A DNA stretch of 64,000 bases, from contig OZ076409.1 of assembly GCA_964187785.1 (NCBI GenBank), positions 24,058,001 to 24,122,000 of the forward strand, written 5' to 3'. Source of the DNA: Amphiscolops sp. MND2022. Its lineage: Eukaryota. Within the stretch, counting starts at the first letter, position 1. Each line of letters opens with the position of its first letter. The position numbers and the translations under genes were made by a program. This document shows positions 12,396 to 26,200 of the stretch, piece by piece. The notes beneath the pieces are model-generated. The model was not told the origin of the DNA and did not search any database. It saw only the letters and a program-made list of their open reading frames with translations.

Positions 12396-13017
12396 TAGCT
12401 CGTTTGGCAGAGAACAGCAAAAAAGAGCAACAGTGTGCAGTCAGGCTTTTGTGCCCTTGATCTAATCACTGTGAAACCAGAGCTTCAAGTCGACCATCTT
12501 TTAACCACATCGCTACAAATTATGGTACCATAGACGGTTATGGGGAAATAGTATCCCAAAAGGGCACCGAATTAGAAAAGCAGAATTGCTTATTTGGCGT
12601 TCACCCCGAGGAATTCGAGAAATGAAATTTTTCTTCATCATCATCATCTACAAATGAAGTTTTCGTACACTTGACTCAACCTATATTTGCATTCGGACAG
12701 CTCCCGCTTGTAATACGGTGCAACTACCGCTACCGAATCATACGGTGACACTGTCAATCAAACTTGTTCCAATCAAAAGACAAGTCAAACAATTTAGAAT
12801 CAAATGATGCTCACTGTTTGTAAATACTATACTACCGTATTGTGCTTTATCTATATCATTTGATCTAGAAAATTGTTTGACTTTAGATCGTACATTGAAA
12901 GACTCTATACCAAAGAAAAAGTCTTGGTCTAAACCTGTATTCATATTGCAACCAAGATATAGAACATGGCGCTGTCAGCATTTTAGTTACCCATTGAATT
13001 TTACCGAAACAAAGAAG

Positions 13018-16000
13018 ATGACAACAGAAACGAAACAATTCGAAGTACCAAATTTCGAGGCCACATCAGACAGGAAACGAATTTTTACACCGAAACAATG
13101 GCTCGAAAGATTTCGGCAATACATAAAAAGAAAATATAAAATCGACATTACCGAACTGATACGGGGTGCCGAAATGACACAAAACGATAACAACCAATAA
13201 AGAAACGGAAATACAAGAAGACTTCAAATGGGGCGTAGCCCCCAAAGCATTGTACCAAAAGACACGGGCAGAAAACAAAACCGAACGGGACAAAATAGCG
13301 GTGAAAGATATGATCTGACTATTTATTGAATACTTCTAACCAAAAAAAATTTCATATCACAACTGAGGAAATTTCGTTTTGAGAAGACAGACCGAAACAG
13401 AAACACCCGAAGAATTCTGGCGGGAGACTGATAGAAATTGGAAGGAATGTGCATTTGAAGAGTTACAGCCGAAGACTTACTTATCTTGAAATTCATGTCC
13501 GCAATAACGGATACAAAACTCCGAGAAAAATCAAAAGAGATGATCAAACAGAACTCATACGAAAGGAAGAACCGGAAACACAAAACCGGAAGCATTAACT
13601 TCGAGAACTAAAGAAGAACCAATACAAAAATGGAACGATTCGTAACAAGACCGAAAAACAGATTGATAAACGACAAACCCTGCAAAGTTTGTAACGCACC
13701 GGCATTTGATAAACACTGCAACAAGTGCAGAAAGGAAGAACACTTTGCCAGAGGATGTGGACAAGAAGAGATTTACCAACGCAAAGTGCAAAATGTAACC
13801 GAGGCAGAAACAACAGCAATTTGCGGAGAACCCGACAAATCAGAATCTAGTATCTACAGAACTGAAAAGATAAACAAAATCACCTACAGAAACAAATACC
13901 TGACAGCAAAAGTGAGAGTGCGCGGCGTTGAGAAAGAATTCAATTCATAGTAGACACCGGATCACCGATTTCAATATTGCCGGCAGATGAAAACATACAG
14001 AAGAAAACCAAAAACCAGATACTAAATAATCGGTTAGATGTAAACAAAAACGAAGTAAAGTTCCGAGGACAAATACCAACTGACATTAAAAACGAGAACA
14101 ACAAACAAAAAATGCAAGTATCAATTACCGAAAGAGATGACATAACACCACCACTGGGAATGGATTGGATGAAGAAATTTAACTTAACAATCAGAAACAT
14201 CCGAACAGATGAAAACGACCAATCTTAAAAAAAAACGACTGATTGAAACTTTCTCGGAATTATTCAAGAACACAACACTAAAACATACCGAAATTACCAT
14301 CCAGTTAAAACCGGGACACTATCCGGTGAAACAGAAATCAAGACCTATTCCTTTACATTTACCAGAAGAAGTATGTGAAGAATTGGAGAAACTAATAAAA
14401 ACTGTACATCTAGAAACAGTAAAACATGTGGATGACGAATGTTTTGTTTCTCCGGTAGTAATCAGCGTGAAAAATGATAAATCGATGAAAATTGCACTAG
14501 ACTCGAGAAAATTAAATAACAGTTGTAGAAAAATCAGTCCTCACATGACAAACTTGGAAGATTTGTCGAATCAGATTTCGGTAGAAATTCCAAGAGACCG
14601 AACAAAAGAACTGATGATATCAAAAATTGACCTGGATTACGCATATGGCCAAAAGAAATTATCAAAAAAGACGAGCCGGCAATGTGTATTTGAAATAACC
14701 GGGGGAAACCTTAGCCGATATTACCGATTCAAAGAAGGATTTTACGGTTTTGCTGATGTCCCAACATTATTTAAACAGAAAATCGCCCTAATTCTAGAAT
14801 ATTCCACACCGGCTTGGCTGGACGACCAAATAGTGGTCAAAAGAAGAAACCGGACAGAAAACGAGAGAAAATTATTTGATATACTAAAAAACTAGAAAAC
14901 GCTGGATACCGAGCGAGCGAAAGGAAATCCTAATTCTTCCTCAAAAAAACCAAATGGTTGAGAGACGAAATTGATGGGAATCAAACCGAACACAGAGAAA
15001 GTAAAAGCACAACTGGAATTGAAACACCCCGAAAATCGAAAACGACTGAAACCATATCTCGGTGCAATACAGTATCTCGCAACGTTTATTCCGACTGAGC
15101 TTATCGGAAGGAACTGAAAAACTCGGAAAATTTTCAAAGAAAGGCTCCAAATGGAACTGGGGAAAAGAACAAGATGAAGATTTCAAAAACAAAAAAAATG
15201 CTGATCGAAGAACTCTGCTGAGCCCACTACGCAAAAGACAGAGATAACATTGTAACAACTGATGCAAGCAAATCCGGACTTGGAATTACACTATGGTAGA
15301 AACAATTGGATGGAGAAATAAAACCAATACAATTCGGTAGTAGATATCTGAACGAAAGGGAACAGTATTACTCAACTGGGGAACTAGAATTATTGACAGT
15401 TGTGTGGGGCCTAGAAATGTTCCGATTTCATTTATAGGGAAAGAAAGTCTTTTTAAACACAGACCACCAAGCATTTGAACCAGTGATTGAAAGAAACCGG
15501 TGCAACTGACAGTATAGCGCAAGACTCTCTTGATGGTTAGACCGACTCGCGCTCTTTAATATAACAATAAAACACATCGTCGGTAGCAATTTAGAGTTTA
15601 CCAACTTCTGAGCAGAAATTCTGTAGAGAACGCAACAATCGAAGACGTATACGATGAGCAATATGTAATTAACATTCTTTCTGAACATGCCGAATTGAAC
15701 ATCAATTACGGGTCACTTTTCGTCGACCAATCGCAAAACGCACCGGAAAGAATAAAACGAAGGAAACAAAAAGCGATAACCAATGAAAACGCAATAGAAC
15801 ATACGAGAAAGACCGAGACGTGAACAAAAATTGCGATCAAGCGAAACTAAAACGCCGAGAAAAGTTCAAACCGGAAAGTAAAATTCGAAACGTAAATGTG
15901 AAAAAATTCAATATCGAATTCAAATTACTGACCACTATTTAAGGAAGAGGTGGACCAAGATTATTGGGGCCTTTTCATACAGCAGAACTTGAAAATTCAG

Positions 16001-18500
16001 TCCCATTACAGCAGAATTAAATCTTCAAGTTTTTAGTGCTGTTACAGCCAATATGTTGGAACATGGTTTATTTGGAGAGATTAGCATATGAGTTGTATGG
16101 CTCAGTCGTGACGCTCCCTTCGCCAAATAGCAACATTGAGGCATGGCCATATGGCACGTCGCTCCGCTTCGCTTCGCTCCTGCTTTTAGGTCACAAGGGG
16201 TATGTGAGCATAGCTGACTACGTTATAATAATAACTCCGCAAAATATGACACGCGTTTTAAACTCAGTGAATTCAACTCGATTTCGAATTTCAGCCAATC
16301 AGATTGCAGCATAAACAACGATTTTGCTGTATGGGACCGAATTTTCGTTTTTTTTTGCTGTATGGAGCTTCTGCTGTGTGGGAATTCCCCAGATAATTGC
16401 CATTGGGGCGCAAGTGCCGAGATCATGGAGATCATAAGAAAAGCCCAGAAACACTCAGGCTGGTAGAAAAGAGATTAGAAATCTGGAGACCAGGGTCAAT
16501 GCGCCGCAAATTCGACAAGAACGCGCAACGACAAATCTGGGTCCCCTCTTGACCAAAAAAAGAAGCAGGGAAGGAATCGCCGAGATCGACGGCGAATTGC
16601 TATCACGGACAAAACGATTCGGTGGAAGCTACCAATCATTTAACGACCGAATAGTGGATGATAAAGACCTCGACAACAATAACAACAACCAGAATCAACC
16701 GGAGATCATAGAAGAAGGAAACGAACCGGAAAGTGAGGGCGAAAGACAAGTAAAACGGGAACAACATCCTGGTTGTGGACTTGAAAGCGTATAACACAGG
16801 GGAAAGGAGTCCCCATTCATACAGATAAACCAAGTCATCGACAAACTGGTGGGAGACAAAAAGGCCCCGGAAGATGCTATCAAGAAGGCCGATTTTAATT
16901 TTTTGCACGACTTGAAAACACTGTTGGCAAAAACTACCACAGACGCCGAATTGAACCGGGTCAGAGACGCAATGAGAGGAGCCGAGACAAACACAGCCCC
17001 AGAACCATACCGACCAGTATTTGAAAAACTATCGAATAAATGCGGACTGACATTTAATGAAGACCGGATAATTGTACCCACTGAGCTGAGGAGAAAATTG
17101 CTGGACACATTACATTTCGGACATACCGGACCGGAGCCACAAAGATGTCAGCTGAAGCCAAAAAATTCTGGTGGCCGAACATGTCAAAAGAGATTGAGAA
17201 CAAAACCAGATACTGCGTTGCCCGTATGGCTTCGGGTAAGAATCTAAATTACTATATACCGAAAATTAACTTCGGAAAATTAAAAATATTAACGGAACCG
17301 GGACGAGAAATTCAAATTGATTTTTCCGGGAAAGTAAACCACAGAAAATTAAAAGGAGAACACCAAATTTTATTCGCTATTGATAAATTTAGCAAATGAC
17401 CAACCGTAAAGATTTGTAAATCATCGGAAACAAAAGAAGCATTGATCTTCTTAAAACAAAGCTTTAATTTATGTGGATTTCCGGAGAAAATAAAAATGGA
17501 CAAAGTCGGAGCATTCAATTCCAAAGAATATAAAGACTTCTGCAAATCGAAAACTATTGAAATCGAAAATAGCGCAACGAAACTACATACCGGTACGGGA
17601 GTAGTAAATCGAGCAATACAAACGTTGAAGATTTTAAAAATCGCTAACATGGAAGACAATTTATGCTTGACCGAACGTGAAAACAGAACTTTAAACGTAA
17701 TGCGAATTACAAAACATACGGGACTGAAATTCACATCATTTGTATTACATCACAGTCTCAAACCATTAACCGAACAAACAAAGTTGATGAAAACTGAAAA
17801 ATGTTTATTTCAGCAAATAACGGACCGAAGATACCATCTACGTTACCAGAAAAGGAGACGGGGAGGTATCAAACCACATCATTACGGCCCGTACACAAAG
17901 TGACGAAAAAACGCTAGCTGAAAAGTCACCAAAAAAGAGAAAATCGATTAGTCACTATCCTTTCCAATTCTTCGAAAAAAACCGTAACAAGAAATCTCCT
18001 GAAGGTAGTTTCCAGAAAAAGTTACAAACGGCAGTGAAAGGTACGGAACACACCGTAACCACCGATACCGGAAAAACAATTCAACGAAAATTCATTTCGG
18101 GTCCAATGACATTTCAGAAAGTGAGAAAAGCAGCACCGAAGATCGGAGTCACAAAAACTCCAGAAAACCAACATTGTCTCAGAGGGGTCGACGGAGAGTA
18201 CATACAATAGAACGAATTCCCTAGAGATATACCGAACGGAAAGTTGAAAACCGTTCAAAGCAAAAGAACGGAATCTGACTCCGTAAGTGAGGGAGGAGAG
18301 ATAGAGGACGAGGAAAGTGATTTTGAGAATCACGACACCTCAAAACGTGACGGCTGCTTCCGTCCAATTACAACATCCCTCGAAGACGAACTAAACCTTC
18401 ATACGGATGGCGAATTGAATACGGGTGATGTTAAAACAGAAAATATAATAACCGAAAACAATGTTAGACGGTCCAACCGTGAAAGCAAACAACAGAGTAG
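13018..18500 (+). pseudogene. gag-pol remnants of element C (gag, protease, RT, RNase H, integrase)
   Basis: DTGSP protease motif ~13950; RT IDLDYAYGQ and AWLDD; RNase H TDASK-GLG ~15255; integrase LH-GH..FWWPNM..C, IQIDF. Many stops and frameshifts. End coordinate approximate. Confidence 0.85.
15967..16390. mobile_element. MITE inserted in element C
   Basis: GGG..CCCC ends with repeated CATACAGCAGAA / TTTTGCTGTATG subterminal units; TSD AGATTATTG/AGATAATTG; interrupts the pol remnant EEVDQD|..CHWGA. Confidence 0.7.
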
Positions 18501-20489
18501 AGACGGGGGTTACATACACCCAAAGTTTAGTTTAAAACTGTTTTCATATTCCAACCAAGATATAGAACACCGATTGTTCGAACTTTTGAATCGCTTTTTG
18601 AGAATATTGCTTCTGGTGAAAATTGGCCATTAGAAAGCTCTTATGTACGTAAATTTCGAAACAAAATCAATAACACCAAGGAATGAAGAAATGCAAACAG
18701 ATCTGGGTATCCTTTGCAATAGCAAATAAAGTTTGTCGTAAACATATTTTTGCGCGAACCTTATTCATAAGCATTCAATCTAATCCTAGACAATTGCTTC
18801 TTCGAAATCTGCATGCGGGATTTCCGAAATATTTCAGTCAAAAGTTTTGGAATTTTTCAAGAAAATGCCTAAAAAACTGAAAATCCGAAAGAAAGATCTT
18901 TTAGTAAAAATTTCACATCAGTTTTTCATGCAGTTTTTTTAGGCATGTTTGGTGAATGTTGCGTTTTACCCTATTTCCTAAATTGCTCAAATTAGTTGAA
19001 TATCTCCTGTTTCTAGAAGTTAGTTTTGATTAAAGATATCAGTCAAAGGTTCTGTATACGGGATGAAAAAATACTTTCAGCTTGTATCGGGAATGAAAGC
19101 TATACTTCATAATAACAAGTCGCGATCCCACAAGATGACGAATTAGAGGGACTTCGGGAACTTCAAGCGGAGCAAAACTGTTCGCAGTCTTGAAAGTTTC
19201 TCATCAATTGATTGCTAGCATAGGATCAAGCAACAATCAAGTTGGAACATTTCAGTTTTTCTGCTTAATTTTAGTCCGACTTTTTTCGAGCGGGATAATT
19301 CATTAGAAGGAACTGAAAAAGAGTTATTACAGAAATCCATTTAGCTCTAGTTTGAACCGTTTACTTTCGAGTTTTTCGGCAAAGATGAGCAATGGCGAAT
19401 TGTAGAATTTGAACTTTTCTCTACACTTTATTTTTTAGTCTAAGAATAGATGCACTCGTACATCGTTTAAAGAACTATCTCATTTTGTTGTATTGCTGTC
19501 GCAAAACGCTACAATCCGACTAATTTTGAGTTTTTAATTTTGTTTTTTTTTCTGAAAAAAGTCTCAGTTTTAGCGAGGTTCTATTTTGAAAAACAATCTA
19601 TTCAGCAATCCCTGTCCGAAACTACGAGATTGCTGGAGAATACTTACCACTTCGCATAGTGGTTAGCACCGTGTCCGTACGCAGCTGGAGCTTACATGCA
19701 AAAAAATGTGGGTTCGAAATCCGTCCCGAACTAAACCTCTTGAATAGTTGGAAAAGTTGTCGAGACCAAAATCTCTCTCGAGGGGGCGGGGGATGTTCTG
19801 TTACTGAGTGCTTTTTAAAATAGAATAAACGTATGTTCCAAAGTGCATACAGGGCTGTCCCTTTAATTGTTTACAACTTTGAACATAGGAAAAACAACTG
19901 AATTAGAACAAAGGGTAATTATGGGTTGTTTTTGGCTCTGTGCGACGTTTTTCGTTCCACTACACATAAGGTACAAAACTATTAGGAAAATTGGAATATC
20001 ATAGGAAGTTTTGTCAGGGTTGAGGTGACTCGAATGCACCCATTTCCAAAATTTTGTAGCTGTTCGGTTTGAACTATTACAATAACAAAGGTTTCTGATT
20101 GTGCGTTTTTTCCGAAAGACGTCGTTTAGATCACAGATCTGCTCAGGTAATTTTAGATGAGATGATTGCGTTACATTTTTTGAACAAATGAGGTTTTAAA
20201 GTTGTCCAATTTCCGAACCCAAGGCGTCTTGTATCAGCATAACAAAATATTACAGTTCATGCTGGGTAATTGCTTATAAAACCTAGAAACTTCAGTTAGG
20301 TTTCAATGGTAAAGCTTTTAGAATAACTCTGCAGTTTCCACTACTGCAATTCAATTTGAAAATAAATCACACTCCATTACCGACACGATCGCATTTTATT
20401 CACAATTTGTTTCCTAAGCTACTCATTTGATGTGATAACCGTTTCTCAAATAGCACGCTCAACAAGATGTTAATTTATAGTTTATTGGT

Positions 20490-22272
20490 TGTTGGACGCC
20501 CGTACCGCGAACGAAGACGTTTCGGCATTGGTATCCGTTTGTCTATTTCTCTCCTCGTTTTGTTCTAGCAACTTTTCCATCATAGCTTTCAGCATAGACA
20601 TTTCTGATTGTAGGTGGCTAAATCTTTCATCATTTGCCCTCTGTAAATCTATCTCTGGACCTGATGAACTTTGTCTTGATTGGGTTTGATTATCTACATT
20701 TTCGTTGTCATTTTCCATGTTAACGAGTTGTTCCTCGTGAGTAAGTTCTGTTGTTCTGTTGAATCTGCTGAAGTAGTGCCAGTTAACGTTTTCCCGTTTC
20801 TCAAGGTTATTTGGGAATTAGAACTCATACGATGAGAAAGAGATGATTGTTGTGGATAAGAGTTGAATTGTTGTAAGCTCGAGTAAGGTACGTATAAATG
20901 TAAGTAAATACAAGTACTTGTACAATGTAGCGTTAGTAAATCTTGTGTTGTCTCTCCGGTGGCCTTCCACCAGTTCGATGGTAAGACTCAATTCTTACCA
21001 TCGTTTCGTTCTTATTGGTTAGTTAGCAAGGTGCTAATTAGCACTTGGTCACTAGACCGGTTGTATCGCATGTCGCTGGAGGGCTACCAAACTGAAATTG
21101 CGCGCTGAATCTATTTAAACCAATCACTATGAATATTTAATGCATTCAAATTAGTAACTTGTAGTAAGCATCGTCTGAGTCACGGCAAGTGTCGAAATCA
21201 CATCAAAATGGGGTACAATCCAGCTGGGGGTCGGTTAAAATCAACTTTAAACAAGTATGATGTAAAAACGATGAATCAATAGCGCTAATTTAACTGGAGA
21301 TACGGGATTCAGTAGTTTTGTGGTTTTGGCATCGTTTCTACTAGTTGATTCTGTTTATGTGGCTGTGGATGCAGGAATGATGAATGAGCTTTGTTCTAGT
21401 GTTAAAACGATCAACTAGATGTGAAAACGATGAAATGAGTGGTGGGGAGAGCACTGTGCATCGTTCAGGAGTGGTTACATCGCTTTACCATCGTTATTGG
21501 TGAATTTTGATTATAGATGAGAAAACGATGGAAGATTTCCATCGCTTATCCATCGTTCCTGATTTTGGCACTGTTTTCAGGTCTTGGAAGCGTGATTCAG
21601 CTCTAGATGAAAAAACGATGAAAGATTTCCATCGTTTATCCATCGTTAGCTATTTTAGCACCGTTTTCAGGTTTTGGAGGCGTGAGCGATGTACAAATGA
21701 TGAAACATATTGTAACAAGTATTCAATCAAGTAGTTTAATCGCTTTTACATCGTGTTTCAATTCTCTCGTTTTCTGGCGTTCTGGTCACTGTTAGGCAAT
21801 GTAATACGGATGAAACTTGTTAGATTGAGTTAAATTATGAGTTCTAGCACCAATAACATCGTTATTTCATCGTTTTGTGTATTTCAAAGAGAGGAGGCTT
21901 GCCACGCTATTTTCCTCTGAGGCGGGAATTCCCTAGCGAGTGTTCAATCTCGTCTATTTGTCATGGCGGTCCAGTTTGACCGAGAAACTACTTTCTTTCC
22001 TCGTGACAAGCCATTAAATGTAGAATAGCATCAGTTGCTTATTAGCACAATCACTAATTGCGGACAAACAGAACTAGAATGCTCAGTATTAATTAAATAA
22101 ATAGCTCAAATCTCACTGGGGAAAATAGGGGGTTAACTACAAGTAACGTAGGGTTGCTCACAACCATGGATCTTATTATATGACATCATATTGCCCATAC
22201 CTAAGTACATAAGACATAATATTTACATTACATATATTTAGTAGATTATATTTCCATCATGCTGGGATGACA
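20490..22272 (-). repeat. 3' LTR of element A
   Basis: Direct repeat of 34210-35983 with scattered substitutions and a 7-bp duplication near 20750. Confidence 0.95.
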
Positions 22273-23231
22273 CTCCCGGGGGGGATTTGGAAGGCGAGCG
22301 CAGGGGCCAAATGTGCAGAGGATGGTTGTCGCAGCGTGGGCTTTGACATGTTCCTTCGTTGGTCTCAGGGAAATTGCCTTCGTTGGTTCTCAGTTGTTGT
22401 GTGCCTTCGTTGGTTTTGTCTCATTTGTATCTTCTCTGAGAAGGAGACGTCTTTCATCGGATTAATCTCGGCTGTAAACTTGGTTATTTCGGTTAAAGTT
22501 GGACGCGGCAGTTTTAGTTCTTGGCCCATCGATTGTCCGCAGATTGGCTTGTATGGCTGTCAGAGGTGATTATAGAGTCTCGTTTGATATCTGGTTTGAA
22601 TGTCAAGTGGTCAGGTTTTGTAAGTGGAACGACTGGAGAGTATATTGAGCATTTGACTGAAAGGCGGATGAACGTGCGGTTGGAATTTCACAACAAGCGT
22701 GAATTAATATGACGTAATCATATGCGTAGGAGTGTTGAGGGTAAGCCAACTGTGTGCGAGGAGGAAATGTTCAGTTATTTTAATTAGTCATTGAGTAAAG
22801 AAAGTAGCCACAATTTCGAGTGCGTCTTTCCGCTGTGTGTGTAAATCATTCAAATTGCTAACGACGCTGGCAGCTGCATCTAACACTTTGATAAGATTTG
22901 CACGGAAATTTTGAGTAAATTTGTCGTTTTGCAAACAGTAATTTCCTCTGCTAGTTGGTGGAAGGAGACAATAAAGTTGAATCTGTGTTGAAGATTTTTT
23001 GGCAGATTTTCCATCTTTTGATCTCGGGATTGTTAGATGTAGTCGAAACGTTGTTGTTTCTTTTAGCATTTTAGCTATTAATCGGGTCCATATCACGGGT
23101 GATTAGTCCATTTTATGTTGTCGATTATTTTGATTGTCATATCTTCAAACTAATTCCATTGTTATTGTCTGTCTTCATTCGTGTCATGTCTTTTCAGATT
23201 GCAATCGTTTTGTCGTTGTCTCATCGTCACG

Positions 23232-26200
23232 ATGTCGGATAATCGAGAGTTACTTGAGATGAATTTATTGAGTTAGTCATCGAACTTTCATCGTTATTCT
23301 ATATTTTGGGGAAGTGTATTTTGATGTTACGTTTTATTTAGCAGCTGAAGAGGGAATGACGCCTTCTGGGTCTGCAAGTCCAAGAAATTAAGCAGAACTC
23401 ACTAGTGTAGGACCGCTTGCTCCGGCCCAAACGCCGATCGCGCAGCATCCTCTTGTGCCAATGTATCCCCAATGTAAGGTGTTTTCCGTCTGTTGATCAA
23501 TTCCATCGGTTATTCATCGCCAGTCAATCACAATGTTATTTCAGTGTACACACCTTGGCAACAGTCTTTGGGTTCTCTGTCGTTGGGGTGGTACGATGGT
23601 TATCTGCGCAGTACAGTGAGAGAAAACTTGCTAGTGCCAGTAAGTCAACTTTCATGTGTGACGTCGCTTTCAGCTGTCTCTGCTGTTGCGTTCGAGTTGG
23701 TTGTATAGGTTTCATCGGTTGCCCATCGTGAATGTGGCGTCGATGTAGGGACGATGGATTTTGTTATTTTTAGTCCCGCGTGGGGTGCAGTCCGTTGAAA
23801 GACCTGCATTTCGACATTTTGTGTCTGTTGCCTGTGGACCGGAAGCGTCGGAGTCGTCACGTGATGTAGCAACACAGACGCGTCGTGAGTTCGTGGTGGA
23901 GTCGCCTTCCAGGGAGTCAGAGGACATTGAGGCAGTCCCTGAGGATGAGCGGCGGGAGGCAGATGCGATGATCCTTGATGATGAAGACATTGTCGAGTCA
24001 ACTGGAAATGTTGCCGTTGTGGGTGAGGCTGGTACTTCCATCGTCAGTTCATCTGCACAACTTGGTCCAGTTGTTGTCAGGCAGTCAGTTCGGGCAGGTA
24101 AACTAAACAACTTCATCGATCACGTGATTCACTGTCTTGCATGTTATGTGGGCGTGGGTATTTTTATTTTCAAGTGTGATTTGATATCGTTTTCTCGATA
24201 CTTTCTTTTCAGTAGTTTTGATTTTTTTCAGTCGGTAGAAGTTTTCTCTTAGCTAATTTAACTAAAACTTCGTTTTTACATCAGTGGGGTTATTATGGAT
24301 GAATTCCATTCAGTTCTATTTGCAGTTAAGTAGTTTCATAGTTTATCCATCGGATTTTGTTTTAGTTGCTTTAAACAGCATTCGCGCGACTTGGTTTCAA
24401 CACCCGTATGCCGGAATCTCGCTTGGCTTCGCTCGTGAGCATCGCTCATCTGATGCTTATGTGCGATGTCTCTTGTGTCGTCGCGATTTGAAGGTTGGCA
24501 GTCGCGGGATTTCGACCTATCTGGAACATTGTCGCGACGTGATCCATCACAGGTTAGACTGTCTGGTGCGTCTGCGACGTGGAATGTTGCTAAGACGTCC
24601 TACTGGTGCCGTGATGGGCGTGTTAGAAGCGGCGCGAATGGTTGAAGAGTTACGTGGGTTGTCAGTGCCTGACGTGGAAGTGTGTCCTGCCTTGTCAGTG
24701 CCGGATGTGTTCCGGATTGAGTCAGGAGGCGGCAGTATCTGGAGTTCGACCGTGCAGGAAGTGCCTGATACAGAACGCAGTCTGAGGATGTTCCTGTGTG
24801 TCGTCGTGGACGCGCTTTATCGAGGTGGAGACGTGACGAGACTCACCAATTTGTGGGATTCCTTGTCGACGACGGACCTGTCGTACAGAAGTCTTTTCGG
24901 TGGTGGATGCCGGAAGGAAGACGTAGTGGTAATTATATGTTTCATGAATTACATGTATACATGTTATTACATGTTTGGAATTTCCTAATAACCTTCATGC
25001 TGTGTCTATAGACGGGTAAATGATCTAGGTTCTGAGGGGGGTTTTGTGTGCTATTGTCGTGAGGCTGATTGGTGTTTTGGAATATTGTTTTTACCTTTTC
25101 CAGGCGCTTTTGATCTTCGGAGTGTGGCCTTATGTCGTCCGTACACTCGCAGCGTCGCTATGTGGTGAAAATCCTGTTGGACTATATCTGGAGTTGGATA
25201 GGAGTGTCGTTCGTTGCTCTGTCAGTGTGGCTGAGGCAGACGCAGTGCAGGGTGTGGTCCTGTTTGAGGTCGTAGCTACTGGCGACTGGGAGAGGCGAGT
25301 GTCTGAGTGGCTCGCGGACTACTGGAGTTGTGTGGTTGATGACTTTGTCCCCTTGGGGATCAGTTGTGGATGTCTCTCAACTGTTGGAGGGTTGTTAGAA
25401 GGAGACGGCGGCCGACGCGGGTTGCAGCTGAATCCGTTACAATTGCATGCCGTATTGCAGATTATTACAACGGCTGGATTGTCTGTGTTTGTCGGGCAGG
25501 ACGTTCATGTGGTGATGAACTTTCTTCTGGGGAAGCTTCGCGACTGTTTGACTGATCCTGTGTTACGCAGTTGTCCTGCCTTGTTGCATGTTAGTGTGTT
25601 CATATATTTGGTTTCAGTTCGGCAAGAGTTGTGGAGTTAAGAACACGTAGTGGTCATCTTGGAATTTGACGTGAGGTGTGTAAGTAATGTGTTTTATTTC
25701 AGTGTGTCGTAACCGGTGAAATCTCTAATTGGGAGATTGTCTCGGTCCTGGAGGAGTTACATCAGTCGTGGGACAGTATTGTGGCGTTGGTACAGCGTCT
25801 TGATCAGTTAGGAGGAAGTGCAGATCCCAATCGGATGGAATTATTAATCTTGCAGGAATCAGGACTAGCTTTGAGATTGCATGCTATGGGAGCGGTATAC
25901 TCCATTGGTTAGATTTTTGCTTTTGTTACATGTAATTACGTTTATACAGGTTTTGTCGGTTTTCCGTCGCGTTGTATGAGGGTTGGGAGAACTGTCTATA
26001 GTTATCATCGGAAAAATGTCATGTGGCGTGGAACTACTATTTCGAGTCATTTGTTAGGTATGTACTAGGTGAGGACGTTGTTATACAGTGTACATCGGAT
26101 TAGCATCTGGTCATTGGCGTGTTGTGTTCTAATCCTGTTGTTTTAGTACTCAAGAACATGAAGCAGACTTTCGGTGGAAGTATGCATCGCGGATTGTATG

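Larger units (their letters stand above)
12709..18569 (+). mobile_element. Decayed Ty3/gypsy LTR retrotransposon (element C)
   Basis: 5' LTR 12709-12966 (TG..CA) followed by PBS-like TGGCGCTG; only ~35 bp of the 3' LTR end survives (..CCAAGATATAGAACA, 18534-18569); TSD CCGCT/CCGAT. Confidence 0.85.

Noticed and set aside
19650..19730. tRNA-like A/B boxes (also ~3975-4045 minus, 40500-40575, 56570-56640)
   Set aside because: No cloverleaf can be built; probably tRNA-derived parts of repeats, not tRNA genes.
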